Virus record (IMG/VR): IMGVR_UViG_3300044491_001200
Coordinates: 1-63,916 of that record
Length of the DNA: 63,916 nucleotides
Direction: 5' to 3' (one strand)
Origin: a virus
Taxonomy: Duplodnaviria > Caudoviricetes
Part shown: positions 29,091 through 38,742 of the stretch, one piece after another
How positions within the stretch are numbered: position 1 is the first letter of the stretch
Layout: every line of letters begins with the position of its first letter
Notes under the pieces: model-generated
What the model was told of the DNA's origin: nothing
The model's database searches: none
The model's input: the letters and a program-made list of their open reading frames with translations, nothing else
Made by a program: the position numbers and the translations under genes

Positions 29091-29402
29091 ATGGCAAAGA
29101 AAGATAAAGTTAAAGCAACTACAGAAGAAGTTGTTGATAACGCAGTTGATACCGGTGCTGGCGAAACTGAATTCACTGGTGAACAAGGTGCACCAGAAAG
29201 TATTTCATTAGTAGATTTAGACCGAATTGCACAAATTATCGATTTAGCATCTAGCAGAGGTGCATTCAGAGGTAACGAACTAGCATTTGTTGGTAACCTA
29301 TATAACAAATTGTTTAACTTTTTGAGTACTGTAAAGGCTCAACAAGAAGCAAACGCAGAAACAGAAGGTGAAGAATCACCTCAGGAAACTGCAGGAGAAT
29401 AG
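29091..29402 (+). CDS. hypothetical acidic protein
   Basis: GGAG RBS before 29091; IIDLASSRGAFRGNEL core. Confidence 0.75.
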   Translation: MAKKDKVKATTEEVVDNAVDTGAGETEFTGEQGAPESISLVDLDRIAQIIDLASSRGAFRGNELAFVGNLYNKLFNFLSTVKAQQEANAETEGEESPQETAGE

Positions 29403-29403
29403 T

Positions 29404-30021
29404 ATGGCACAATTATTAAAACACGTGGGCTTATATGGTGAAAAACCATGCGTAATAGTTTTTAGAGAACTACCAGAAGAGCCAGAAAATGCATTGATTT
29501 GCATTAGCAATAGTCTTGAAGGACAATTACATGATGACGTTATGTCAGTAGTTGACAGTCAAGAAGGACAAGAGTCTAACAGCATCAGCGACGTTCTATT
29601 TAGACGTAGACTTAGCGACGGTGAGAACATGTTAGAAGCATTACATAGTAGAAAGAAACTTACAAAGGTTCCGACTAATATGGTGACTCTAACTCCTTTA
29701 CCAAACCAATCTGTACCTTTAGACGAAGTAAACAAAGAACTAAAACAGATTCAAAATGGTAGCAACCCTGCACTTAAAACTGAAACAGATCCGCAAGTAT
29801 TAGAATCAACAACTACTACTGCTGATATGTTAGGTGAGTCTGTACCAGAAGGTGAAGACAAAGACGCAGTTGCTAAAAATCTTTTAACTCAAGCAGAATT
29901 GTTAGAAGAAGATGCAAAAGCCATTATGGCTGATGCAGAAGCCAAGAAAGCAGAAGCATATAACATTGCTCCTGACTTGGCACCAAAAAAAGGTCCTGGC
30001 AGACCAAAGAAAGTAGGTTAA
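29404..30021 (+). CDS. hypothetical protein with basic C-terminal KKGPGRPKK
   Basis: GGAG RBS; AT-hook-like GRP tail. Confidence 0.75.
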   Translation: MAQLLKHVGLYGEKPCVIVFRELPEEPENALICISNSLEGQLHDDVMSVVDSQEGQESNSISDVLFRRRLSDGENMLEALHSRKKLTKVPTNMVTLTPLPNQSVPLDEVNKELKQIQNGSNPALKTETDPQVLESTTTTADMLGESVPEGEDKDAVAKNLLTQAELLEEDAKAIMADAEAKKAEAYNIAPDLAPKKGPGRPKKVG

Positions 30022-30057
30022 ATACTACAACAAACATTTAACTCGGTAGGAGAAAGG

Positions 30058-30384
30058 GTGTCGAAACACGACGTTAAGATTTTGTTGGTTGCAAAACACA
30101 GCAAAAATAAAAAGTTTGAGTCATTACTTAAGGAGGTCTTCCCCAGTGAAGTTCCAGTTGAAATGATAGATAACATACTGATAGATTTCGTAGACGGCAC
30201 ACAGGCTAAGATGGATCATAGCGAACTCAAACATCCTTTGCCAACAGCACCCAATAAGACATGGGCCGCTTTGATCCAAGCCTTTACTAACGTAAAGCAA
30301 ATAACTATCGTAGTTGATGTAAACAAAGTAGAATCCACAGTAGGTGGAGAAGTATCTAATATATTAGATAAACATTTCAAATGA
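30058..30384 (+). CDS. hypothetical protein
   Basis: GTAGGAG RBS, GTG start. Confidence 0.7.
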   Translation: MSKHDVKILLVAKHSKNKKFESLLKEVFPSEVPVEMIDNILIDFVDGTQAKMDHSELKHPLPTAPNKTWAALIQAFTNVKQITIVVDVNKVESTVGGEVSNILDKHFK

Positions 30385-31037
30385 AAATAGCAATTACCGG
30401 ACACTCTAGTGGACTAGGTCAAGAAATAGATGCTATTGTTGACTTAACCATGGACTGTACCGTAAGAGGTTACAGTAAGAGGAATGGTTGGAACATTGCA
30501 GAAGACGATGGCGAAAAAGTAATTGCTGATATATTAGAATTTGATCCAGACATTGTATTCAACAATGCATATTACCCAGGTATACAAAATAGAATACTAG
30601 ATAGATTGTATAACGAATGGTCAGACACCGACAAAGTAATAATGAACACTGGTAGCATCAGTGGGTACTTAGGTCCGATCATTGGTGATGAACCTGACTA
30701 TGTTAAAGATAAAAGAGCATTAGCAGAGTATTGTATACTTAACAGTTTTAACTATAAAGTAAATAACAGTTGCAGGATACAATGCATTAGTTTTGGATTT
30801 ATTGATACTCCATTGTTGAACCTATCAAAGGAAGATAATACACCAAATATGATATCAGTAAACGATGCCGCATTCTTAATGGTAGATACAGCATTCAAAG
30901 AACAGCCATTTTTAGTACCTGAAATGGTAATAAATCCCATCCAGCATGACGATGTTATGCTCAAATACTACAAAATAGCCACAAAGAACATGCTAAAACA
31001 CGTGGCTAGAAGTAATAGAAACTTAAAATCTAAGTAA
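30381..31037 (+). CDS. atypical short-chain dehydrogenase/reductase
   Basis: ITGHSSGLG, FNNA, YVKDK. Confidence 0.8.
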   Translation: MKIAITGHSSGLGQEIDAIVDLTMDCTVRGYSKRNGWNIAEDDGEKVIADILEFDPDIVFNNAYYPGIQNRILDRLYNEWSDTDKVIMNTGSISGYLGPIIGDEPDYVKDKRALAEYCILNSFNYKVNNSCRIQCISFGFIDTPLLNLSKEDNTPNMISVNDAAFLMVDTAFKEQPFLVPEMVINPIQHDDVMLKYYKIATKNMLKHVARSNRNLKSK

Positions 31038-31086
31038 ATCAAGCACTTACAACCAAAGTTTTTGCCACTTTTTATGGTTAAAAAGG

Positions 31087-31115
31087 TTGACCTGACCCCC
31101 GTATTTTGCTATAAT
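31087..31115 (+). promoter_or_regulatory. early promoter
   Basis: TTGACC-17-TATAAT. Confidence 0.85.
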
Positions 31116-31146
31116 ATGTACATAATTTAAATAAAAGGTAGGACTT

Positions 31147-31563
31147 ATGATATTAGATAACGAAGTAAAAATTGCAGGTGAGACAGTTCGCAAAGAGCGT
31201 TTTGGATTGGCATCTATGAACGATGACCACAAAACATTTACTGGTGATGTTCTTTACACCTCACAGAAAGGCAACAACTTCTCAAAGAGCATTGAAGAGA
31301 AGTTTGAAGATACTGCTCAGGTAGATGGATTGACTGTTTGGAAATCAAACGGAGCAATTCCTTTTGCAGACATGCTATTGGACTTTGTTCAAATCGGTGG
31401 TATTACTTTGGAGCAGGCTGAGTTCTCTATTCTTCAAAGACAGAAAGACGATTCAGCATCATTGGACACTCTTTACAGAGCAGAAGATGGTAACATTTAT
31501 TTAGGCGAAGGTGCTTTGGATTATAGAGACGAGCGTCTTACAAAAATTAAGGAGGCAGTATAA
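31147..31563 (+). CDS. hypothetical early protein
   Basis: Promoter and GTAGGA RBS. Confidence 0.75.
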   Translation: MILDNEVKIAGETVRKERFGLASMNDDHKTFTGDVLYTSQKGNNFSKSIEEKFEDTAQVDGLTVWKSNGAIPFADMLLDFVQIGGITLEQAEFSILQRQKDDSASLDTLYRAEDGNIYLGEGALDYRDERLTKIKEAV

Positions 31564-31886
31564 TGTTGACAGCAGAAATTCATCAACTAGCAACTCGCAA
31601 CGCCGAGATTGCAACCAAGAACTACATTGACACTAACGGAGAACATCCGTTCAACTGTGGGTTTGCTTGGGTATCAGCAGGTATCAAAGGCAACACTAAG
31701 ATCGGTAAAAGTTTTATCGCTCAAGGCTTTAAGAAAAGTTACACTGGAGGATACCAAATTTGGAATCCAAGTGGTAACTACACTCAAGACATGAGTGCAA
31801 AAATGGCAGGCTGTGAAGCATACGTTGAAACTGTAGAACGTTACTTGCCAGAAGTTAAACTGTATGCAAGTTCGAGGTTAGACTAA
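31563..31886 (+). CDS. hypothetical phage protein
   Basis: CGFAWV...SRLD pattern; coupled TAATG. Confidence 0.75.
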   Translation: MLTAEIHQLATRNAEIATKNYIDTNGEHPFNCGFAWVSAGIKGNTKIGKSFIAQGFKKSYTGGYQIWNPSGNYTQDMSAKMAGCEAYVETVERYLPEVKLYASSRLD

Positions 31887-32506
31887 TGCCAAAAAAGTAT
31901 ATCATTACTGACATCGATGGTGTTGTATTAGACTGGGAAGAAGGCTTCTCAGTTTGGATGGAACATCATGGTCACCAATTAGTTGAAGGTTATCAGTTCA
32001 AGTATAACATTGGTGAAAGGTATGGTATGACTTATGAGGCTGGTAGCAAATTGGTTAAGCAATTTAATGAAAGTGCCGCAATTGGCTTTCTCCCTCCACT
32101 TAGAGATGCACAATACTATGTAAAAGTATTACACGAAAAGCATCAGTATAAGTTTGTTGCTCTAACTAGTTTAAGTTTAGATCCTTATGCTAAAGAACTA
32201 AGGACCAGGAATCTTAAGAAACTAATGGGCGAAGCATTTGAAAAAGTAATTTGTCTAGACACTGGTGCAGACAAAGATGAGGATCTTGAAGCACTATCAA
32301 AAATTAAAAAGTACCAAGGTGCTTGGTGGATTGAAGACAAGCCTGAGAATTTACTTGCTGGTACTAAGCAAGGGTTCAGAGGTATACTAATGGAGCATGG
32401 ACATAACATGCACAAAAAAGTCGATGGATTTGTTGCCAAGAGTTGGGACGATATCTATCAACATGTTATTGCAGAGGATAAAGGAACTGTAAAGTATGAG
32501 CGATAA
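31886..32506 (+). CDS. HAD-family 5'(3')-deoxyribonucleotidase-like phosphatase
   Basis: TDIDGV motif I, LTS, K, WIEDK motif IV. Confidence 0.85.
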   Translation: MPKKYIITDIDGVVLDWEEGFSVWMEHHGHQLVEGYQFKYNIGERYGMTYEAGSKLVKQFNESAAIGFLPPLRDAQYYVKVLHEKHQYKFVALTSLSLDPYAKELRTRNLKKLMGEAFEKVICLDTGADKDEDLEALSKIKKYQGAWWIEDKPENLLAGTKQGFRGILMEHGHNMHKKVDGFVAKSWDDIYQHVIAEDKGTVKYER

Positions 32507-33212
32507 AATGACTTTTACCGCACGTGAATTGATTGCAATGTCAGTTGCAGTTGATCGCTATGTTGGAGGTTATGTTAAAAGGCATGAGACTGATAGGGAA
32601 CATCCTATTCGTCATATGACTAACTTTAGTTACTTAATGGGTGTTGCTAAGAAGCAACCTAATGCTAAAGATATTGAAGTCCTAGACGAAGACTACATAA
32701 CTGCTGACCAAATTATTGAATACTTTGAAGGCTTGATCTTTAAAGCAATGGAACGTAATCTTAGCGAATACGAAGAGAAGATTACTGAGATTATCCGTGC
32801 AGATGATCTAAATGTTAGAGGCGGAGATAATAGGATTCCTATTGTTCCTAGCCTGCCTAATGTGTTTCGCAACAACCAAAAGCATGATGTATGGAGCGAT
32901 GAAGAACGTTCTTTGCGTAAAGTTTCTGACTTTGTTGGTACTATTAAGACTCGTGGAGACTTTGTAGGTACTGTAAAGCACGTTAGAGAAATGCGTAGAA
33001 CCAACAGTTTATTGGTTGCAATTCTCACAGAAGATAACAATATTATCAAGTTTTTCTATGACTTATTCCGCGATAATACTATCAGAGACACTCTTAAAGT
33101 GGGTAATACCGTTACATTTAGTGGTTATGTAAAGGCACATGACGTATCTAAGTTTAGCAAGTGTAAGGAGACCTTCTTAAACAGAGTCAGTATCGACAAA
33201 GAAGATAAATAG
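32496..33212 (+). CDS. hypothetical protein with C-terminal OB-like domain
   Basis: FVGT...GYVKAH...ETFLNRV pattern. Confidence 0.6.
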   Translation: MSDKMTFTARELIAMSVAVDRYVGGYVKRHETDREHPIRHMTNFSYLMGVAKKQPNAKDIEVLDEDYITADQIIEYFEGLIFKAMERNLSEYEEKITEIIRADDLNVRGGDNRIPIVPSLPNVFRNNQKHDVWSDEERSLRKVSDFVGTIKTRGDFVGTVKHVREMRRTNSLLVAILTEDNNIIKFFYDLFRDNTIRDTLKVGNTVTFSGYVKAHDVSKFSKCKETFLNRVSIDKEDK

Positions 33213-33278
33213 TAATATAACTTAGAACTAGTCTAATAGGCTAGACAGTATTACATACTGAATCGGAGTATATTACAT

Positions 33279-34778
33279 ATGGCAGTCTTTATGAATGCCA
33301 AAGGTACATCAAATACCGAATTTATGTTTGGTAAACGTGGTGGTAAAATCTTTGGTGGAACAACGACTCCAAGCGGTGCGGCAATAGGCGACTTATGGTT
33401 TGATAAGTCTAATAGTGCTCTTAAACTTGCTGGAGGCTCAGAAGGATCAATTACATGGTCAAATTTAACCGTTCAAGGCGGTTCAATCACCACGGCTGAC
33501 TTAGAAGTCACAGGTAATTTAACTGTCAGTGGTACAACAACTACTCTTAACACTCAAACTCTTAACGTAGAAGATAACATTATTGTATTAAACAGTAACT
33601 TTAGTGGTGCTGATAATATTGTTGATGCTGGTATAGAAGTTGAAAGAGGGGATGAAACCAACGTAACATTCCTATGGGACGAGTCAGAAGGTGAATGGAC
33701 ATTAGGTGCTGAAGTACTTAATGCTGGTGCCTTTATTGGTAACTTAACAGGTGATGTAACAGGTAATGTACAACCAAACGGTGGACCTAATAGTGTAACT
33801 GCTAATACTTTAACTGCTAGTGCAACACTAAACGTTACAGGAGCAACTATAACAGGTCTTAGTACATCAAGTGTAAGCGAAGGCTCCAACAAGTATTACA
33901 CAGACGAACGTGTAGATGACAGAGTAAATGCTCTTATCCAAGGTGGTAATGGTATTACATCTACATACAATGATAGTGCTGGTACACTAACACTCAGCAG
34001 AGACGCAGACTTAGAAATAGGTGATTTTGTTGATTCAGCCTATATGGCTACTGGTGAAACTTGGGCAGATGACGATAGTACATTTGCTACAACGGCCGCT
34101 ATTGCAGATAGAATTGATGTACAAATAGCCGCAAGTGATAGTGCTGTACACATTACAGGCAACGAAACTATTACTGGTAGCAAAACAATTAGTGGTGCTA
34201 CACTAACTCTTACTGCAAACAGCACGTTAGACGTAAGCAACGCAACTGTAACAGGTGCTAACAGCGACAGCATTAGCGAAGGTTCAACTAACTTATACTT
34301 TAGTAATCCTAGAGCAAGGGCGGCTATAAGTGTTACAGACAGCTCAAATCAGTTAGCATACAATAGCAGTACTGGTGTTATATCATTTACTGATGCAGGT
34401 TCAACTGCTGGTGGTAGTAATACTCAAATACAATTCAATGACGGTGGTGCTCTTGCAGGTGACTCAGACCTAGTATTTGATAAGTCAACAAACAGACTTA
34501 CTGTAACAAATCTTACAGTAGATAGTAACTTTAATATTACATCAGACTACGGAACTGTAGCAGAAGCAGTAACAGTTACAGATAGTTTTGGTGGTATTGA
34601 TGCTGATACCAGAGAGCCTACACCACATGCTAATTATACTGTGACTGAAGCAGGATCAATTACTGGTATGGTTGCTGGTGATATGATATTTGTAAGCAAC
34701 GAAACTGGCGGTGCTACTATGGCTTTCTATGATGGTACTAACTGGCGTAGAATACAAGACAGAGCAGTAATAAGTTAA
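33279..34778 (+). CDS. tail fibre-like protein
   Basis: GNLTVSGTTTT, SEGSxxYY/F..R modules shared with 17303 gene; C-terminal AFYDGTNWRR. Confidence 0.78.
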   Translation: MAVFMNAKGTSNTEFMFGKRGGKIFGGTTTPSGAAIGDLWFDKSNSALKLAGGSEGSITWSNLTVQGGSITTADLEVTGNLTVSGTTTTLNTQTLNVEDNIIVLNSNFSGADNIVDAGIEVERGDETNVTFLWDESEGEWTLGAEVLNAGAFIGNLTGDVTGNVQPNGGPNSVTANTLTASATLNVTGATITGLSTSSVSEGSNKYYTDERVDDRVNALIQGGNGITSTYNDSAGTLTLSRDADLEIGDFVDSAYMATGETWADDDSTFATTAAIADRIDVQIAASDSAVHITGNETITGSKTISGATLTLTANSTLDVSNATVTGANSDSISEGSTNLYFSNPRARAAISVTDSSNQLAYNSSTGVISFTDAGSTAGGSNTQIQFNDGGALAGDSDLVFDKSTNRLTVTNLTVDSNFNITSDYGTVAEAVTVTDSFGGIDADTREPTPHANYTVTEAGSITGMVAGDMIFVSNETGGATMAFYDGTNWRRIQDRAVIS

Positions 34779-35473
34779 GCCTTAAACCTCATCATTAAAC
34801 TATTCCTAAAGTCTCCTTCAGCAATATTTGTAGGTGCTTGATGCCATGTGCCATCAAAGTTGGGTGCAATAAACATACAGTTTGGTCTAAATGGTAAGGT
34901 TCTAACACATTTAAAATGCTCCTCACAATCCTTTTTAACCATATGCGGTCCACTTGTACCAGGATCTTGTACTGTGTGTTCTGATAGATTGTCGCCTATG
35001 TATTCATATAGTTTGCTACCATATGCTACTTGGCTCATATCTTTAGGCAAATATATTAAACAACTAAGTGTAAAGACTGTGTCTTTAAAAGCATCTGTGT
35101 GTATATCATCTATCAGTAATTCACTAGAGTCTTTCCAAAATCTTGTAGTAGGTAATACTTCCTGTCCTTCAAACGATAAACCAAACTTATTAGCAACTAC
35201 ATGAAAGAACTTGTTTGCCATTTTATTAAAGTATCTAATATCTGCTTGGGACTCATTATCCATATCTAAAGCATACTCTATTCTATTACTAACCTCTAAC
35301 TCTATTGGATCTTGAATCAAGCCTTCAGCAGTATCAAACTCTGTAAACTTTCTATAGTCATTTGTTTTAAGTATCTCAGGTACAAACATATGGGGCCATG
35401 GGTCATTGAGAACTTCGCTGTTCTCAACTTGGTTTATCATATGATTAAATTGATTTGTAATATCCGTAAGCAT
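34775..35473 (-). CDS. 2OG-Fe(II) oxygenase-like protein
   Basis: HTD, IYLP, PFRPN, WH, R. Confidence 0.75.
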   Translation of the reverse strand: MLTDITNQFNHMINQVENSEVLNDPWPHMFVPEILKTNDYRKFTEFDTAEGLIQDPIELEVSNRIEYALDMDNESQADIRYFNKMANKFFHVVANKFGLSFEGQEVLPTTRFWKDSSELLIDDIHTDAFKDTVFTLSCLIYLPKDMSQVAYGSKLYEYIGDNLSEHTVQDPGTSGPHMVKKDCEEHFKCVRTLPFRPNCMFIAPNFDGTWHQAPTNIAEGDFRNSLMMRFKA

Positions 35474-36236
35474 GTTTTCTTTCCATTTGTGTGTCTAGTA
35501 TAGGACTGCTATGCCAAGCATGTATAGAACGTGGCATAAAATATACCAGTCCGCTTGTAAAAGGTAATTGATCTATGAGGTTGCAGTCTTGTCTTATCAA
35601 ACTCTTATCTAGGTCTGTTTCGTGTTCTTTAGGCTTCCAAAATTGTGTACCATAGTTTCTTAATGAATCGTCAGAGGGTAAGTATAATCCAAATGTTATA
35701 TCAAAGTCTTTGTGATCTATGTGTACATCATTGACACGGAACCTTTCTGTGTCTTTCCATAACCACATGCTAGTTTTGTATTCATGTTCTAAACTAAACT
35801 TGTCTGCTATAGCACAACGTACATACTCATTGTCAAACACTAACTCTAATAGCATTTGATATGCAGGATCAAAGTTCATGTCCTGTTGTAGCCTACCTTG
35901 TACTTCAATATCGTACATGTCCTCTGGCCAATTATCTATTAGGTTATCAAGTAAGTCTGGGTGTATAAAGTTTTTAATTACTAACTTATGATTACTTACT
36001 TTAGCATCTCGTATGCCTTTGAGTGCATATAAAGTGTAAGAATGAAATTGTATTTCACCTATGCTTTCTACCATACCACCTTCAAGCAGTATTGGTAGCC
36101 TTGGATACCAAGGTTCCATATCCATAGGTATATGTGTACAACTATTCATTTGTCCACATATCTTACATTTTATTCTGGGATAGTCTGGATCGTATTCCGT
36201 TGGGTGAAAGGGTATACCGTTACTGTTTCTGGCCAT
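35445..36236 (-). CDS. 2OG-Fe(II) oxygenase-like protein with N-terminal Cys/His cluster
   Basis: HID, LYLP, WHS, R; CKIC...CTH at N terminus. Confidence 0.72.
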   Translation of the reverse strand: MARNSNGIPFHPTEYDPDYPRIKCKICGQMNSCTHIPMDMEPWYPRLPILLEGGMVESIGEIQFHSYTLYALKGIRDAKVSNHKLVIKNFIHPDLLDNLIDNWPEDMYDIEVQGRLQQDMNFDPAYQMLLELVFDNEYVRCAIADKFSLEHEYKTSMWLWKDTERFRVNDVHIDHKDFDITFGLYLPSDDSLRNYGTQFWKPKEHETDLDKSLIRQDCNLIDQLPFTSGLVYFMPRSIHAWHSSPILDTQMERKHAYGYYKSI

Positions 36237-36545
36237 TTAAATTTCTACTGATGCTTCAAAACTAAATTGCATCTCATCAAATAAATCAAATAATTCTTCT
36301 GCAATTTCATCACCCTCTTCTGGGGTAATCTCTTCGTCTAAAACAATCTCGTAAATATATAAAGCACCTTGATCATCTTCATCTGTATAAGATATCACAT
36401 CGATGCCTACTTTTTCTTTACCATCGTCGTAAGCAATTAGCAGTTTGGTTGCAACTACTTCTTGTACTATATCAAAGTACTCGATTACATCATTGTCCTC
36501 GAGTTCTTCTCTAGTAACTATTCTTACGAAATGCTTTGTAAACAT
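36237..36545 (-). CDS. hypothetical acidic protein
   Basis: 102 aa ORF abutting next gene. Confidence 0.7.
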   Translation of the reverse strand: MFTKHFVRIVTREELEDNDVIEYFDIVQEVVATKLLIAYDDGKEKVGIDVISYTDEDDQGALYIYEIVLDEEITPEEGDEIAEELFDLFDEMQFSFEASVEI

Positions 36546-36603
36546 ATTTGATCCATAATGTAAGGGCTCTGGGCCCTTACTTTAACTTATACTTATCCGG
36601 TTT

Positions 36604-36996
36604 TTACTGTTTGCCGAATGCTTTTCCGGCTTCTGCAATACCGAAACTACCTAAACAAACTACAACAAATGATGTGTAAATGGTATCGGAAATCTTTAAA
36701 TCCATTCCCCAAAAACCTGTTACCAAGTCTACTGTACCAAATGCTAACATCATTATAAAAGATGCAAAACCAATGATACTTTTCTCATTGATATCGTTCT
36801 CATCTCTAAACAATGCACCAAAAGAAAACTTCTCTTTGGGCTTTGCGGCCGCTGTAGCAATCTGTAATTCTTTAGAAAGTTTTTCCATCTCTCTAATTTT
36901 GTCTTGAGCCTCATCTAGTTTCAAGACCATTTCCGTGTACTTTGCGACGTCAATTTCAACGTTACCTTGACTAATTTTTTTACCTTCTTCGCTCAT
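36604..36996 (-). CDS. membrane protein (coiled coil plus two TM segments; holin candidate)
   Basis: GTAGGAG RBS, upstream GATAAATA on minus strand, two hydrophobic helices. Confidence 0.6.
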   Translation of the reverse strand: MSEEGKKISQGNVEIDVAKYTEMVLKLDEAQDKIREMEKLSKELQIATAAAKPKEKFSFGALFRDENDINEKSIIGFASFIMMLAFGTVDLVTGFWGMDLKISDTIYTSFVVVCLGSFGIAEAGKAFGKQ

Positions 36997-37183
36997 CGTT
37001 TCTCCTACAAAACTCTGTTACTGTGTATATGTATTTATCATTATCTTTGCCTAAAAACTTGACATTACAATCTGTTTGTGTATAAGTAGTTACTGTAGAC
37101 AAAAATATATTACTCAATGGGTAATGTAGGTTTGGGACTACAAAACTATTAAAAATTATAATCTATAAGGTTATAAGTGTTAT

Positions 37184-38314
37184 ATGGAGAAAACAATGAA
37201 GACACAATTAAAAGTCTTGAACTCAGACTCTAAAGAAGTTCAATCCCTAGATAATTTTGCTAAACAATTCCGTTTTTCAAAGTTCACAACTTCAAAAGAT
37301 ATGTATGTAGGCACAATGTCTGCAGATGAATGGATGGTTTTTCCAACTATTCCTATCAATAGAGAAGTAACCCACAGAGTAAACAATGTACGTTGGGTAC
37401 AAGCAATAGACAAACAAACACCTAGTGTTATGAAGATTGCATTAGTATATGTTGATAAAGATATCAATGTTCAAAAGGCTACTAACTTTGCAGAAGTAGA
37501 AGAAGTAGTTGTACAGAAAGGATATTATATCCTAGATGGTAATACAAGAAAACATTATTATATTACATCTCCAGATAAAAAACCTACTTGTGATTTCTTA
37601 ATTGAAATGTATGTTGCTAGGTCTGAAAGAGAATTAGATGAGTTGTATTACAGTTATGATAATCAGGGAGCAGTTGAAACTAATGCTCACAAATTAAGTG
37701 GAGCATTTAGATTGTTTAACTTACAATTTAAAGCACCTAGATTACAAAAAGGTGGTATCATTACAGCACTTAATATTGCTTACCCTGACAAAGATGAAAC
37801 AGATTTATTTAAAAAAGTTGCATACTTTAAAGATGAACTTTTGTTGATGGATAAATTGAATGTATTTGATCCAGCAGTAAAAACTATTACAAACTTTCAG
37901 GCATTTTGGGCAAGTTGTTTGATGATGGCAAAGCAATATGAAGATACAATTTACATGCAACAAGTATCAGATGCTTTAACTAGATTTGGTAGAACTGATA
38001 AAGGTGTAATAGGAAAGCAAGTAACAGAAGGAACTTCAAACGGTTTTGATGGCGTCACTGCTATATGGAACCTTTGTTTAAACTATGCTGGAAATCCAGA
38101 AATACATAAAATTTGGAAACAACCAAATGGAGAAACATTCGAAGGCACATTAAAAAGTACAAAACATGCGAGTGTAGTTCCTCAAATGGATATTATACTA
38201 GACTTCTTGGATAGATATATTAAAGGTAAAAAGCCTATAAAAAATCAACCTGATTGTGAAGGAACATATAAGTTTATTCAAAAGGAATTATTTGAGGCTC
38301 TTTACGATGAGTAA
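37184..38314 (+). CDS. hypothetical protein with ParB/DGQHR-like motif
   Basis: YYILDGNTR; own promoter and terminator. Confidence 0.6.
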   Translation: MEKTMKTQLKVLNSDSKEVQSLDNFAKQFRFSKFTTSKDMYVGTMSADEWMVFPTIPINREVTHRVNNVRWVQAIDKQTPSVMKIALVYVDKDINVQKATNFAEVEEVVVQKGYYILDGNTRKHYYITSPDKKPTCDFLIEMYVARSERELDELYYSYDNQGAVETNAHKLSGAFRLFNLQFKAPRLQKGGIITALNIAYPDKDETDLFKKVAYFKDELLLMDKLNVFDPAVKTITNFQAFWASCLMMAKQYEDTIYMQQVSDALTRFGRTDKGVIGKQVTEGTSNGFDGVTAIWNLCLNYAGNPEIHKIWKQPNGETFEGTLKSTKHASVVPQMDIILDFLDRYIKGKKPIKNQPDCEGTYKFIQKELFEALYDE

Positions 38315-38326
38315 AAAAGAAACAAC

Positions 38327-38350
38327 AAAGCACTCTTAGGAGTGCTTTTT
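38327..38350 (+). terminator. intrinsic terminator
   Basis: AAAGCACTC-ttag-GAGTGCTTTTT. Confidence 0.85.
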
Positions 38351-38351
38351 A

Positions 38352-38380
38352 TTGACATTGCCTAAATAATCATGTATAAT
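38352..38380 (+). promoter_or_regulatory. sigma70-type promoter
   Basis: TTGACA-17-TATAAT with TG extension. Confidence 0.8.
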
Positions 38381-38420
38381 TGCTTACAACGGTTAAATAT
38401 ATACACTTAAGGAATAACAC

Positions 38421-38684
38421 ATGGCATTTAATAAAGTTTTTAACGAAGAAGAAAAAGCAAGGCTAAAGAAATTAGTACAAGAAGGCGATCAAGTATTATA
38501 CGAACTTGATGCACTTAACGAAGGACTCAGAGATACTGTGAAAGCAATCGCAGAAGAAATGGACCTCAAACCTAGCATTTTAATGAAAGCAATTAAGATT
38601 GCTCACAAGGCTAAGTTTACAGACGAAAGAGATAACTTTGACGAACTAGAAACAATTCTAGAAACAGTTGGCAAGACTCTTTAA
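38421..38684 (+). CDS. small helical dsDNA-binding protein (T4 DsbA / GapR-like)
   Basis: 87 aa helical pattern RLKKLV...LRDTVKAIAEEMDLKPSILMKAIK. Confidence 0.6.
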   Translation: MAFNKVFNEEEKARLKKLVQEGDQVLYELDALNEGLRDTVKAIAEEMDLKPSILMKAIKIAHKAKFTDERDNFDELETILETVGKTL

Positions 38685-38742
38685 TTTTATAAGTATAATT
38701 GGTATTGCGTCAGCCTAAAGTGATGCTTGGAGATAGATATAC

